Below are positions 9,158 to 17,244 of a stretch of 64,000 nt of DNA, piece after piece. Numbering within the stretch: position 1 is the first letter of the stretch; each line of letters opens with the position of its first letter. Location of the stretch: sequence record NC_105825.1; one strand, written 5' to 3'. The stretch is from Escherichia phage ECOP18. The position numbers and the translations under genes are program-made. Under the pieces are notes generated by a model. It was not told the origin of the DNA, searched no databases, and worked only from the letters and a program-made list of their open reading frames with translations.

Positions 9158-9236
9158 TGGTAGATCGCCTGGGACTCGAACCCAGAACCTTCCGATTAAA
9201 AGTCGGATGCTACTAAACCTATTGAGCTAGCGATCT
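9158..9236 (-). tRNA. tRNA-Lys (TTT)
   Basis: Perfect acceptor, T and anticodon stems; loop CTTTTAA. Confidence 0.75.
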
Positions 9237-9237
9237 A

Positions 9238-9405
9238 TTAGTAACCATTATACACTTCTTTAATAGAGTGGACTTTTAAGTAAGGGTGATTAGTACTAAA
9301 CTCTACCATTACTTCATCCCAATTTTTACCATAATGAGCGAGTAAGGATTTTGATGTATTCTTACCTAACCGTTTGTCACTTACTACTAATCGAAATACT
9401 TTCAT
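9238..9405 (-). CDS. hypothetical small protein (55 aa)
   Basis: Hand-translated ORF below the ORF-track cutoff, with GAGGA RBS upstream of ATG. Confidence 0.35.
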   Translation of the reverse strand: MKVFRLVVSDKRLGKNTSKSLLAHYGKNWDEVMVEFSTNHPYLKVHSIKEVYNGY

Positions 9406-9425
9406 TTCGAAATCCTCTATTAAAA

Positions 9426-9503
9426 TGGAAGCGGGTGCAGGAATCGAACCTACCTCTTTCTAGCTTATGAGACTAGCGATCTCTACCAGAGATCTAACCC
9501 GCA
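9426..9503 (-). tRNA. tRNA-Met/Ile2 (CAT)
   Basis: Anticodon loop CTCATAA. Confidence 0.6.
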
Positions 9504-9509
9504 ATTGTT

Positions 9510-9585
9510 TGGTCAGTGCGGCAGGACTCGAACCTGCGACCCGAAGCATCCAAGGCTCCCACGCTACCAACTGCGCTACGCACTG
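9510..9585 (-). tRNA. tRNA-Pro (TGG)
   Basis: Perfect acceptor and T stems; loop CTTGGAT. Confidence 0.75.
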
Positions 9586-9594
9586 TTAATTCTT

Positions 9595-9792
9595 TTATTG
9601 TGGAGGAATATTAATAATTCGTCCGTCTACACAATAAACGGTACTAGGAATTGTACTATATATGTAGAAATTCTTTATATTACTCTCTCCGCCACAGAAA
9701 TTTTTAGCAAATTCATACTCTTTATTAATGGTTGAGTCAAGTTTAAAACAACCAGTAAGTAGGAATACAGACAGCAGTAAAACTTTTTTCAT
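9595..9792 (-). CDS. small lipoprotein
   Basis: Signal peptide with lipobox LLTGC; consensus promoter upstream. Confidence 0.5.
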   Translation of the reverse strand: MKKVLLLSVFLLTGCFKLDSTINKEYEFAKNFCGGESNIKNFYIYSTIPSTVYCVDGRIINIPPQ

Positions 9793-9824
9793 TTTGCTTT
9801 CCTTCTCAACACTTTATAAGGTAT

Positions 9825-9853
9825 ATTATACAGAGAATTAAGCATAATAGCAA
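9825..9853 (-). promoter_or_regulatory. sigma70-type early promoter
   Basis: TTGCTA-N17-TATAAT upstream of lipoprotein gene. Confidence 0.6.
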
Positions 9854-10002
9854 ATGAATTTTTAATAAATTTACTTATTGTGTAGGCCACCTGGAGGCTA
9901 CCAACCCCACGGCTGACAAAGAAGTTTGCGAGACCTCTCTTAAGTGCCAGAATAGACCCGCCGATCTATCGGAACCTACATAATAAGTAAACTTTATAGT
10001 GT

Positions 10003-10123
10003 CATTCTAGACAGGACTCGAACCTGTTATCACTTGTGCGGACTTACGAGAACCATTCTTTCACTCGAATCGAACGAGCTTCTGCCCTCGCCAAGCTGGT
10101 TTCCCCATCAACCACGCTAGAAT
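10003..10123 (-). ncRNA. aberrant tRNA-like element (121 nt)
   Basis: Perfect 7-bp end pairing (ATTCTAG/CTAGAAT) and canonical T-arm, but no 7-nt anticodon loop and an extra internal hairpin. Confidence 0.3.
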
Positions 10124-10287
10124 GTTTGATTGTTTTCAGTGCAAGAGTCCGAGTCTTGGACACGACCGCTTCGCAAGTACATAGGCAGCTTATCATGAGT
10201 CAGCACTTCCGAATTGCTAGCTCCGTGTTCTGCACTGAAATTTTATTAGTTTAACCGTAAAGTATTATCTACTTCACCATTAATTGT

Positions 10288-10593
10288 TCAGCATTCTTCT
10301 GGGATTGCTGGTGTAGCCTTATATTCCCACCATTCAGAACCGTCGTATTCACCACGTTCTAACCAAGTTCCATCAGTAAACCACACGTTACCATAAAGCA
10401 ATTGCCCACCGAAACCAGAATCATATTTAAAGTCTAGATTATTTAGAAAATCTTCAATATCTTTTTCTGTATAACCTACGGGTAACACCCAAACTTCTTT
10501 GTCCCCATAATAACCGAATTCTATCTTAATACACTTAACTTCAGAATTAATATTCTTTAAGGCAAGTAACAATTCTTCTTTAGCATTAATCAT
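10288..10593 (-). CDS. hypothetical protein
   Basis: 101-aa ORF. Confidence 0.5.
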   Translation of the reverse strand: MINAKEELLLALKNINSEVKCIKIEFGYYGDKEVWVLPVGYTEKDIEDFLNNLDFKYDSGFGGQLLYGNVWFTDGTWLERGEYDGSEWWEYKATPAIPEEC

Positions 10594-10619
10594 AGCATAT
10601 TTCTCGTACTAGTTTAATT

Positions 10620-10696
10620 TGGCGCGACCGATGGGATTTGAACCCACATTCTCTCCCGTGACAGGGGAGTACCATTACCAAGCCAGCCCCGGTCGC
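10620..10696 (-). tRNA. tRNA-Asp (GTC)
   Basis: Perfect acceptor and anticodon stems; loop CTGTCAC. Confidence 0.75.
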
Positions 10697-10705
10697 ATAA
10701 TTCAT

Positions 10706-10891
10706 TTACTCAGCTTTGAGTTTTTCAATAGCTGCATTAAGTTCTTTAAGAAACTTTTTTCGTACATTAAGACGGTTGAGACTTACTAGTATATCATGTT
10801 TAAGTTCTTCGATGTATTTCTTCTCAACTTCAATATTGTTGATAGTGCTATCACGATGAACTTCTAGCTGTGCAATTACATTCTTGGACAT
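10706..10891 (-). CDS. hypothetical protein
   Basis: 61-aa ORF. Confidence 0.4.
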   Translation of the reverse strand: MSKNVIAQLEVHRDSTINNIEVEKKYIEELKHDILVSLNRLNVRKKFLKELNAAIEKLKAE

Positions 10892-10993
10892 GCTTGTTTC
10901 CTCAGTTATTAATGAAAATGGTATCTGTGACTGAATTCGATGTCAGCAATGATAGCTGGTTGGCTACCGGTTTACTTAACTCTACACAGAATT

Positions 10994-11076
10994 TGGCGGG
11001 CCGTGTAGGATTCGAACCTACGTTGTCTTTCGACATGGATTAACAGTCCACCGCCAAACCGCTTGGCTAACGACCC
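10994..11076 (-). tRNA. tRNA-Asn (GTT)
   Basis: Anticodon loop CTGTTAA; 13-nt variable region. Confidence 0.6.
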
Positions 11077-11228
11077 TAAATTTATATTGCTGACTAGGAT
11101 TTTCACCTAGACGGAGTTAGCACCGTAGCGTGTAGCGGCATACCTCTCCAAACCGTGCCTCATCTTTCAATTACGGAGACAGTGTTCCTACGCGTGCCTG
11201 AATTGATTTAACAACTCTTTCAGCAAAT

Positions 11229-11304
11229 TGGACGACCGCATGAGATTTGAACTCACATAAAAAGGATTTGCAATCCTTCGCCTAAGCCATTCAGCCAACG
11301 GTCG
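11229..11304 (-). tRNA. tRNA-Cys (GCA)
   Basis: Perfect anticodon stem AAGGA/TCCTT; loop TTGCAAA. Confidence 0.75.
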
Positions 11305-11373
11305 ATTTATCTTGTTCTGTCATGTTGCTTCTCCAGTTCAATTTATGTAATTATTATACAGAACTTTTGGAAA

Positions 11374-11661
11374 CTAAGCAACTACATTTTTTAAAAATTT
11401 GATGCCTTTCTTTTTCTTCTTATATTTCCACGTTAAGGGATTCTGTCGATTATGAACGCTTGAGATCTTTGTCTCGTCAAAGTTCTTCAATATCATGTAA
11501 TCACAGGATAATTGTTCTAATGGAATGTGATCACCGTCAAAAGCGTATACATAAGGCTGTTGACTAGCACGATAATGATAGACTTTGTTAATTCTACGTT
11601 TCAGCAACTTATCCGCGCAGTAAATAAAGAAGTTTTCAGGATGCATCAGCAGCTCCCTCAA
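11374..11661 (-). CDS. hypothetical protein
   Basis: 95-aa ORF. Confidence 0.45.
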   Translation of the reverse strand: MRELLMHPENFFIYCADKLLKRRINKVYHYRASQQPYVYAFDGDHIPLEQLSCDYMILKNFDETKISSVHNRQNPLTWKYKKKKKGIKFLKNVVA

Positions 11662-11663
11662 TT

Positions 11664-11737
11664 TGGTGCACCCTGTTCGTATCGAACGAACCTCTCAAGC
11701 TCTTCAGGCAAGCGCTAATCCATCTCAGCTAAAGGTG
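11664..11737 (-). tRNA. tRNA, anticodon unresolved (possibly Phe GAA)
   Basis: CCA, acceptor pairing and T-arm present; anticodon stem imperfect. Confidence 0.4.
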
Positions 11738-11744
11738 CAAATTT

Positions 11745-11821
11745 TGGCAAACCTACTAGGACTTGAACCTAGACCGTACGGTTTTGGAGACCGACATGCT
11801 GTCCAGTAACACTCTAGGAAT
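11745..11821 (-). tRNA. tRNA-like gene, anticodon unresolved
   Basis: CCA and perfect T-arm (CTAGG/CCTAG); acceptor has two mismatches. Confidence 0.3.
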
Positions 11822-11828
11822 GCAGGAT

Positions 11829-11905
11829 TGGCGTCCTGTGCGGGGATCGAACCCACAAATCCTACCTTGAAAGGGTAGTGACTTTACCAGTTTGTCTAAC
11901 AGGAC
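11829..11905 (-). tRNA. tRNA-Glu (TTC)
   Basis: Perfect acceptor and anticodon stems; loop CTTTCAA. Confidence 0.75.
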
Positions 11906-11911
11906 TTAAAT

Positions 11912-12003
11912 TTGGTGTTGGATGATGGAGTCGAACCACCCGAGACCCTTCCGAGTCGGCAGATTTACAGTCTGCTTCGCTACCTCTACGATACTAATCC
12001 AAC
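11912..12003 (-). tRNA. tRNA-Tyr (GTA)
   Basis: Type II, 92 nt; perfect anticodon stem GCAGA/TCTGC, loop CTGTAAA. Confidence 0.75.
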
Positions 12004-12131
12004 ATATTTAAAAGTATTCAAATACTAGTTTAAACACTTTTAGATATGTTTCCAAATTAGATAACTATTATATCAAGTTTTATGGCACTGAGCAAGTCAA
12101 ATTTTAAAGAACTTGCTCAGTGCTGTATTAG

Positions 12132-12407
12132 TTAGTCGAACTTAGGAGCGACAGTTAAGGAGAATGGAAGTTCGAAAACTTCTTCGCCCTCATCACTAAC
12201 AGTAATTACACGACCTTTAAGTTCAGACATTGAAATATCAATATCAGCTTTTGCATCTGGAGCCATGCCAGCTTCAATACATTTAGCTTTAACTTCCGGC
12301 AGAAGTTCTACATCGTAGAAATAAAGCCATTCAATCTCACCTTCCCAGCCTTCCCAGGATTTACAGATTGCACTTTCAATACCAGTTGCTATAACACGAT
12401 TTTGCAT
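12132..12407 (-). CDS. hypothetical protein
   Basis: 91-aa ORF; long hairpin downstream. Confidence 0.5.
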   Translation of the reverse strand: MQNRVIATGIESAICKSWEGWEGEIEWLYFYDVELLPEVKAKCIEAGMAPDAKADIDISMSELKGRVITVSDEGEEVFELPFSLTVAPKFD

Positions 12408-12497
12408 TCGTTAACTCCTTCATCAATTTATATAACTATTATACCAGAAATTTAAAGCAAAAGGCAAGTACATTTTTAAAAATTCTGTTTGGAGGAG

Positions 12498-12704
12498 CTA
12501 AACTCCAGATTCTTCAGCTAAGTCTAGGCTAATAAGAGATATAGCCATAATTGCTGCTCCGTGTTCTCTTTCTCCTGTCTCTTTAGCTAGGGTTATAATA
12601 TCAAGAAATTGCTTATGAAAGTCTGCAACCTCTTGAGTCATACCTGCCTCAGCAATCATGCCTTTAAGCATGAAACGTTGTGCGGTAATTTCGGGATTAG
12701 CCAT
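12498..12704 (-). CDS. hypothetical protein
   Basis: 68-aa ORF. Confidence 0.45.
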   Translation of the reverse strand: MANPEITAQRFMLKGMIAEAGMTQEVADFHKQFLDIITLAKETGEREHGAAIMAISLISLDLAEESGV

Positions 12705-12864
12705 GTTGTTTCTCCAGTTTCATGTTTAATAGTCTACAAATAAAATCAATGTCTTCATCTGTGCCTAGATCTCTATCTTCAAGAGTTGCCTTGAAGTTTT
12801 TCGTCAATTCCATGAGGATAACTTCTATAGAACGACGTGTTGGCGGAGGTGGATGTCTATACAT
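12697..12864 (-). CDS. hypothetical small protein (55 aa)
   Basis: Hand-translated ORF with AAGGAAA RBS; stop overlaps start of next gene. Confidence 0.35.
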   Translation of the reverse strand: MYRHPPPPTRRSIEVILMELTKNFKATLEDRDLGTDEDIDFICRLLNMKLEKQHG

Positions 12865-12879
12865 CTTATTTCCTTAAGT

Positions 12880-12956
12880 TGGTAGGGGTGGTGGGATTCG
12901 AACCCACAAAACCTGAATTTTAAGTCCAGTACCTATGCCAATTCGATTACACCCCC
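12880..12956 (-). tRNA. tRNA, anticodon reads TAA (Leu-decoding) with short variable arm
   Basis: Perfect T-arm; anticodon loop CTTAAAA. Confidence 0.55.
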
Positions 12957-13057
12957 ATGTAATCAGTTTATTAGTTGATACATATTATAGCCTAGTGAAA
13001 ATCCTACTACTAGTCCCACAAACCAACCAATATAATAATCTTTTAGTTTCACAGGTA

Positions 13058-13243
13058 TTATCCTCGTTCAATATCTAGGGAAACACCGCAGTTAGGATTA
13101 ATACCTGTACCGTTGCAATTTGAACAAATCCAGATATTGCAAAAAGTATCTCCTGCTTCTGCATCAGAACTTTCACCAATTCCCCTACACTCAGGGCAGG
13201 CACATTCTTCTAGCTCTTGCTTGAGTTCTTGAAACTTGGACAT
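13058..13243 (-). CDS. DnaJ-type zinc-finger mini-protein
   Basis: Two CxxCxGxG repeats (CPECRGIG, CSNCNGTG). Confidence 0.5.
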   Translation of the reverse strand: MSKFQELKQELEECACPECRGIGESSDAEAGDTFCNIWICSNCNGTGINPNCGVSLDIERG

Positions 13244-13252
13244 ATAGTCTCC

Positions 13253-13441
13253 TTAGTCAATTACTTTTGAGGCTTCAAGGGAGTCGATATAGTATACGTT
13301 TTCTACCATAATCATATAATCTGCCACTTTATCCATAGCTTGGGCCTCAGAGGTAGCTCTGGCTAACCTATATCCTTTTTTATATTCATCCGGGTATTCT
13401 CTATCTTGAATAAATACAACATAAACTATGTATAATTCCAC
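13253..13441 (-). CDS. hypothetical protein
   Basis: Track ORF 13253-13588 runs through two tRNA genes; trimmed to in-frame GTG with AGGGGA RBS. Confidence 0.35.
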   Translation of the reverse strand: MELYIVYVVFIQDREYPDEYKKGYRLARATSEAQAMDKVADYMIMVENVYYIDSLEASKVID

Positions 13442-13461
13442 TTGTAATCCCCTAATTAAGT

Positions 13462-13539
13462 TGGTGGCTCCCCGAGGATTCGAACCTACGTACCTTCCGG
13501 TTATGAGCCGGGTGCTCATACCATATGAGCTTGAGAACC
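13462..13539 (-). tRNA. tRNA-Met/Ile2 (CAT)
   Basis: Anticodon arm CCGG/CCGG with loop CTCATAA. Confidence 0.55.
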
Positions 13540-13545
13540 AGAATT

Positions 13546-13634
13546 TGGCGGAAGAAGTGGGAATCGAACCCACAAGGCTATATTTCAAACCGACAGATTA
13601 GCAATCTGCTGCAATACCGTTATGCTATTCTTCC
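13546..13634 (-). tRNA. tRNA-Ser (GCT)
   Basis: Type II, 89 nt; perfect acceptor and T stems; loop TTGCTAA. Confidence 0.75.
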
Positions 13635-13655
13635 GAATTTATAAGATATATTATA

Positions 13656-14174
13656 TTAGAAATTTAGCTTCATAGCAAGAAAATTTTTCAAGTTTTCGGT
13701 AGACATCTCATCCACATCTACGGGAGAAACAAAGCCGTTTAATTTTCTAGCAAATTTTTCACCCGCAGGATCGTTGTCTCCGACAGCTACCAATTTAAAA
13801 GGTAATAATTTCAGTTGCTTTAATAACGCTTTTCCTGGAGAAGAACCTAACATTGCCAGGGCTGGATAACCAGCGTTATGTAGCGCAACTGCCTTAAATA
13901 CAGATTCAGCGATCAATACTACTTTTTCATCTCCATTGAGAGTTTCTAGTCCCCATACACACTGGGTAGTAGAATAAGTAAAATATTTAGCTTCAAAGGG
14001 ACACTTACTATGACCTTTTGGAGCAGAAGGATTATACGTCTGATAGCCTCGCAACATCCCGGAGAAGTCATACAACGGGACTGTTAGCCATCCTTCCGGA
14101 CTTAACCAGCAATGATATTTATCTGTATCAAATCCTCTGGATAAGAGGTGCTGTGTTAGCTCATCAACATTCAT
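13656..14174 (-). CDS. Toprim-domain protein
   Basis: Conserved Glu (VVLIAES) and DxD (VAVGDNDPAG); start set to MNVDELT downstream of the promoter. Confidence 0.5.
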   Translation of the reverse strand: MNVDELTQHLLSRGFDTDKYHCWLSPEGWLTVPLYDFSGMLRGYQTYNPSAPKGHSKCPFEAKYFTYSTTQCVWGLETLNGDEKVVLIAESVFKAVALHNAGYPALAMLGSSPGKALLKQLKLLPFKLVAVGDNDPAGEKFARKLNGFVSPVDVDEMSTENLKNFLAMKLNF

Positions 14175-14349
14175 ATTTGGTTCCTCTCTCAAATTTATAG
14201 ATATATTATACAGAGAATTTAGCATTCAAGCAATCAAATTTTTTAACTTTTTAGAGGAAAATCATAGGGCACTTAAGGGTAGCAGATAAGTGGGGAGGAC
14301 CAAAATTTGTGACCCCACTAAAAATCCGGGGGCAATTTTTAAAGACCCC

Positions 14350-14378
14350 TTGACATTTTCGCTGGGGTAGTGTAAAGT
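14350..14378 (+). promoter_or_regulatory. sigma70-like promoter for rightward cassette
   Basis: Consensus -35 TTGACA, 17-nt spacer, TG then TAAAGT. Confidence 0.5.
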
Positions 14379-14440
14379 ATATGTTATGGATGAGTGATCA
14401 AAGAGACACACATTTTCTATATACTAGGAGGTGTCAAAAT

Positions 14441-15430
14441 ATGACAGAAGAAGTAGCTAAGAGTCCTGAGACCGTCGCTAGCGTTGCAGCAGAACTGCAC
14501 CGTCACGAGGAATCAGATAAGAAAAAGTGGGAGAAGGTCAGAGTCTACGAAGAAAAACATCGTGAACACGATGATGAAGAAGAAGATGACGATGATGAAC
14601 ATTGTCATAAATATGGAAAACATAAAATGCAAGAACCAGTAAACGTATTCACTAGTGGCTTCCCTGGCCTACTGGGTGGTTACCCAGCAAACGCAGGTGC
14701 TTTCGGTGGTGAAGGTATGGGACTATTCGGAGCTATCCTAATCGGTGCTCTATTAACCGGCGGATTCGGTGGTTTCGGTGGATTCGGTGGACGTGGTGTA
14801 GTTGGTGAAGGTACCGCAGTTGATGCAGTACTTCAGAACCAAGATACCGCTAGTATTCTAGCAGCTATCAACACTACTCGTACAGAGGCTAACCAGGGTA
14901 CTGGAGCTGTTTTAAGCGCAGTTAACAATGGTTTTAGCCAGACAACCCAAAACCAGAGCCGTGATACTCAGTCTGTACTAACTACGATCTACGGTACAGG
15001 TGCTAATCTGTCTAATCAGATCTGCCAGGAAACTCGCAACGTTATTCAGGGTCAGTTCGATCTTTCTCGCCAGATTGATCAATCTTTCGCAGCTAACCAG
15101 ATAGCTCGTGCACAAGATAAGTTTGATTCTGCACAGATCGCTTTCCAGCAGACTTTACAAACTAATAACCAGTTTGCCGCTGTTCAGGCTCAGATGTGTG
15201 CTAACCAGAACTCTCTGGAACGTCAGATCGCTGAATGTTGCTGTGAACTTCAGACTGCGATCGCTGGTGTAACTACTGCGCGTATCCAGGATGAGTTAGA
15301 CGCATGTCGCCTACGTGAAGCAATCGCTGCGGGTAGCGGTGCTAACGGTCAGGTAATTAATCAAATCGCTTTAAGTCTTGGTGCTATCACTCAGACTCTG
15401 GCTGGTCTGCAGGCTAAACTGCCGGCTTAA
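14441..15430 (+). CDS. low-complexity protein (acidic/His-rich N-terminus, Gly-rich hydrophobic segment, Q/N/A/T-rich C-terminal region)
   Basis: AGGAGGTG RBS before ATG at 14441; GGFGGFGGFGG segment; host-like codon usage; own promoter. Confidence 0.6.
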   Translation: MTEEVAKSPETVASVAAELHRHEESDKKKWEKVRVYEEKHREHDDEEEDDDDEHCHKYGKHKMQEPVNVFTSGFPGLLGGYPANAGAFGGEGMGLFGAILIGALLTGGFGGFGGFGGRGVVGEGTAVDAVLQNQDTASILAAINTTRTEANQGTGAVLSAVNNGFSQTTQNQSRDTQSVLTTIYGTGANLSNQICQETRNVIQGQFDLSRQIDQSFAANQIARAQDKFDSAQIAFQQTLQTNNQFAAVQAQMCANQNSLERQIAECCCELQTAIAGVTTARIQDELDACRLREAIAAGSGANGQVINQIALSLGAITQTLAGLQAKLPA

Positions 15431-15451
15431 TATTAAGGGGAGGAGCCCCTT

Positions 15452-15868
15452 ATGAGTAAATATGGTTTTGTAAATAACGGACTTAATCAAAGTATGGGCT
15501 CCCAGCAGCCCATTCCGGGTCTGGATAACCCCTACTTACAACAGTTGCAACAGCGTTTAGCAGAAGCGCAACAGATGCAGCAACAACTCCAGCAAAACCC
15601 TGGAAGTGTGAGTCCTATGCAAATGATGCAGCAAATGAGCGGGCAGTCGCAAATGCCTCAACAAATGCAGCAACAGGTGCCTCAGCAGCAAGTTCAGCAA
15701 CAAACCCAACAACCGCAGGTTTCTGCGGAAGGACAGGCAGTACTAGCCCTTTTCGAAGACTTCGCAAAGACAGAGGATGGGAAACAGCTTGTATCACTTA
15801 TGGGTAAGTTTAATAGCTTCTGCCAAAGCCAAGTTGCAAAAGCTCAAAATGGGGGTAGTAACTCCTAA
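15452..15868 (+). CDS. Gln/Met-rich low-complexity protein
   Basis: GGGGAGG RBS; runs of QQ/MQQ. Confidence 0.55.
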   Translation: MSKYGFVNNGLNQSMGSQQPIPGLDNPYLQQLQQRLAEAQQMQQQLQQNPGSVSPMQMMQQMSGQSQMPQQMQQQVPQQQVQQQTQQPQVSAEGQAVLALFEDFAKTEDGKQLVSLMGKFNSFCQSQVAKAQNGGSNS

Positions 15869-15877
15869 GGAGGAAAT

Positions 15878-16072
15878 ATGTGTTGCAGAAAATCTGTTTC
15901 GTGCTGCCCAGTGCCTGTAGCACGTTGTTGCTCTCCAGCAATGTTTACGCAAATACCGGCGTTCAATCCCTTTGCCTTTAAACCTACTCTTATCCTGCCC
16001 CCTAGAGTAGATTTTCAGTCAAGATTGGCCTCCCGTATGGGTGGTTGCTGTACACCGAGAGTATGGTTCTAA
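15878..16072 (+). CDS. Cys-doublet small protein
   Basis: AAGGAGG RBS; CC doublets; followed by terminator. Confidence 0.5.
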   Translation: MCCRKSVSCCPVPVARCCSPAMFTQIPAFNPFAFKPTLILPPRVDFQSRLASRMGGCCTPRVWF

Positions 16073-16082
16073 ACCAAAAACA

Positions 16083-16118
16083 AAAGCCCCTGCCGAAAGG
16101 TAAGGGGCTTTTTCTTTT
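16083..16118 (+). terminator. rho-independent terminator ending rightward cassette
   Basis: Hairpin AGCCCC/GGGGCT then TTTTTCTTTTG. Confidence 0.65.
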
Positions 16119-16124
16119 GCCTTA

Positions 16125-16165
16125 AATACAGAAAAGCCCGCGCTCTCGTAGGAAACGCGGGCTTG
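16125..16165 (-). terminator. rho-independent terminator after SPFH gene
   Basis: Hairpin AGCCCGCG/CGCGGGCT then T-run on minus strand. Confidence 0.6.
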
Positions 16166-16187
16166 GTTCGAAGATTACGTGTAACTA

Positions 16188-17135
16188 TTACTTGTTACGC
16201 ATATCCATGATCATTTGACCATCGTAGCCAGTACCTACCACAGTCTGAGGTACACCACCTTGATACTTCTGAGCACGGATCATTTCAACTTCCAGTTGTT
16301 TCCAACGAATCATTTCAGGAGTAATGGTACGTTGCAATGCGGCGTTAGCTTCAGCTTCTTTCTTAGCTGCGTACAGTTTAGCATCTGCGTCACGTTCATT
16401 AGCAATAGCTTGGTTGTTACGAGCTTCACGATCTGCTTCTGCTTGTTTAACTTTTTGCTGTGCTTCCTGTTCAACGCGAGCAAGTTCAGCTTTCGCAGCA
16501 TTAACTTGCTCTTCACGAACTTTGGTATTCTGTACCTGTTCCATGATTACTGGCGGCAAGGTAATATCCTGAAGGAATACCTGCTTAACTGTGTAACCAT
16601 ATGGGCGCGCATACTCTTCAACTTCCTGTTGAATTGCAGTTTGCAATTGAGCCTGAATTTTAGCATCAAATAAATCTTGTGCTTTAGGTACAGACTTACC
16701 AAACTCACGAATAGTAGACAGTAATTTTTCAGTTACATACTTGTCTAGTGCCTGATCCTGAGTACCTGCGTTAATACGGTTAATCGGTGCTTTAGAACCA
16801 TCAAACTGCAACATAACAGTCAGGTCAACAGTGGATTTAAACTTATCCTGGCTAGGAACCTGAAGTTTATCTAATTTTACAGCAATATCTTTTGTACTAA
16901 AAGTATCGAAAGATGCAAACGGGTTTACAAGATGGAAGCCCGGCAATACTGGATTAGGGTCTACTTTACCCAGGAATGTTTGGGTTTTAACCGTACCATC
17001 AGAAACAATAGTATATGAATTAAAAGCTAGGATTAAACCTGCTAAACCAACTACAGCACCAATACCCCAACGTTTAATAGTACGAATTACTTTCTGCTCA
17101 GAAGTCAGTTCTTTCATATTTTTAGTAGCAAACAT
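16188..17135 (-). CDS. SPFH/band-7 (stomatin/prohibitin/HflC-like) membrane protein
   Basis: N-terminal TM, SPFH-like core, Ala/Gln/Glu-rich coiled-coil C-terminus. Confidence 0.55.
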   Translation of the reverse strand: MFATKNMKELTSEQKVIRTIKRWGIGAVVGLAGLILAFNSYTIVSDGTVKTQTFLGKVDPNPVLPGFHLVNPFASFDTFSTKDIAVKLDKLQVPSQDKFKSTVDLTVMLQFDGSKAPINRINAGTQDQALDKYVTEKLLSTIREFGKSVPKAQDLFDAKIQAQLQTAIQQEVEEYARPYGYTVKQVFLQDITLPPVIMEQVQNTKVREEQVNAAKAELARVEQEAQQKVKQAEADREARNNQAIANERDADAKLYAAKKEAEANAALQRTITPEMIRWKQLEVEMIRAQKYQGGVPQTVVGTGYDGQMIMDMRNK

Positions 17136-17169
17136 ATATTTCCTTTGTTTTAGTTACAGTTAATAAAAT

Positions 17170-17244
17170 TGGCCGAGGTGACAGGATTCGAACCTGCATA
17201 AAGGAATTTAGAAGACTCCTGCCTCTCCCTTAGACTACACCCCG
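17170..17244 (-). tRNA. tRNA-Arg (TCT)
   Basis: Anticodon loop CTTCTAA. Confidence 0.65.

Noticed and set aside
10036-10254. 72-aa plus-strand ORF
   Set aside because: Lies over the tRNA-like element and inverted repeat; no RBS; likely non-coding.
13441-13588. N-terminal part of track ORF 13253-13588
   Set aside because: Overlaps tRNA genes at 13462-13634; CDS trimmed to an in-frame GTG with RBS.
16215-16673. Plus-strand ORFs antisense to the SPFH gene (16215-16673, 16324-16572, 16310-16516)
   Set aside because: Lie inside a well-supported minus-strand gene; no RBS.
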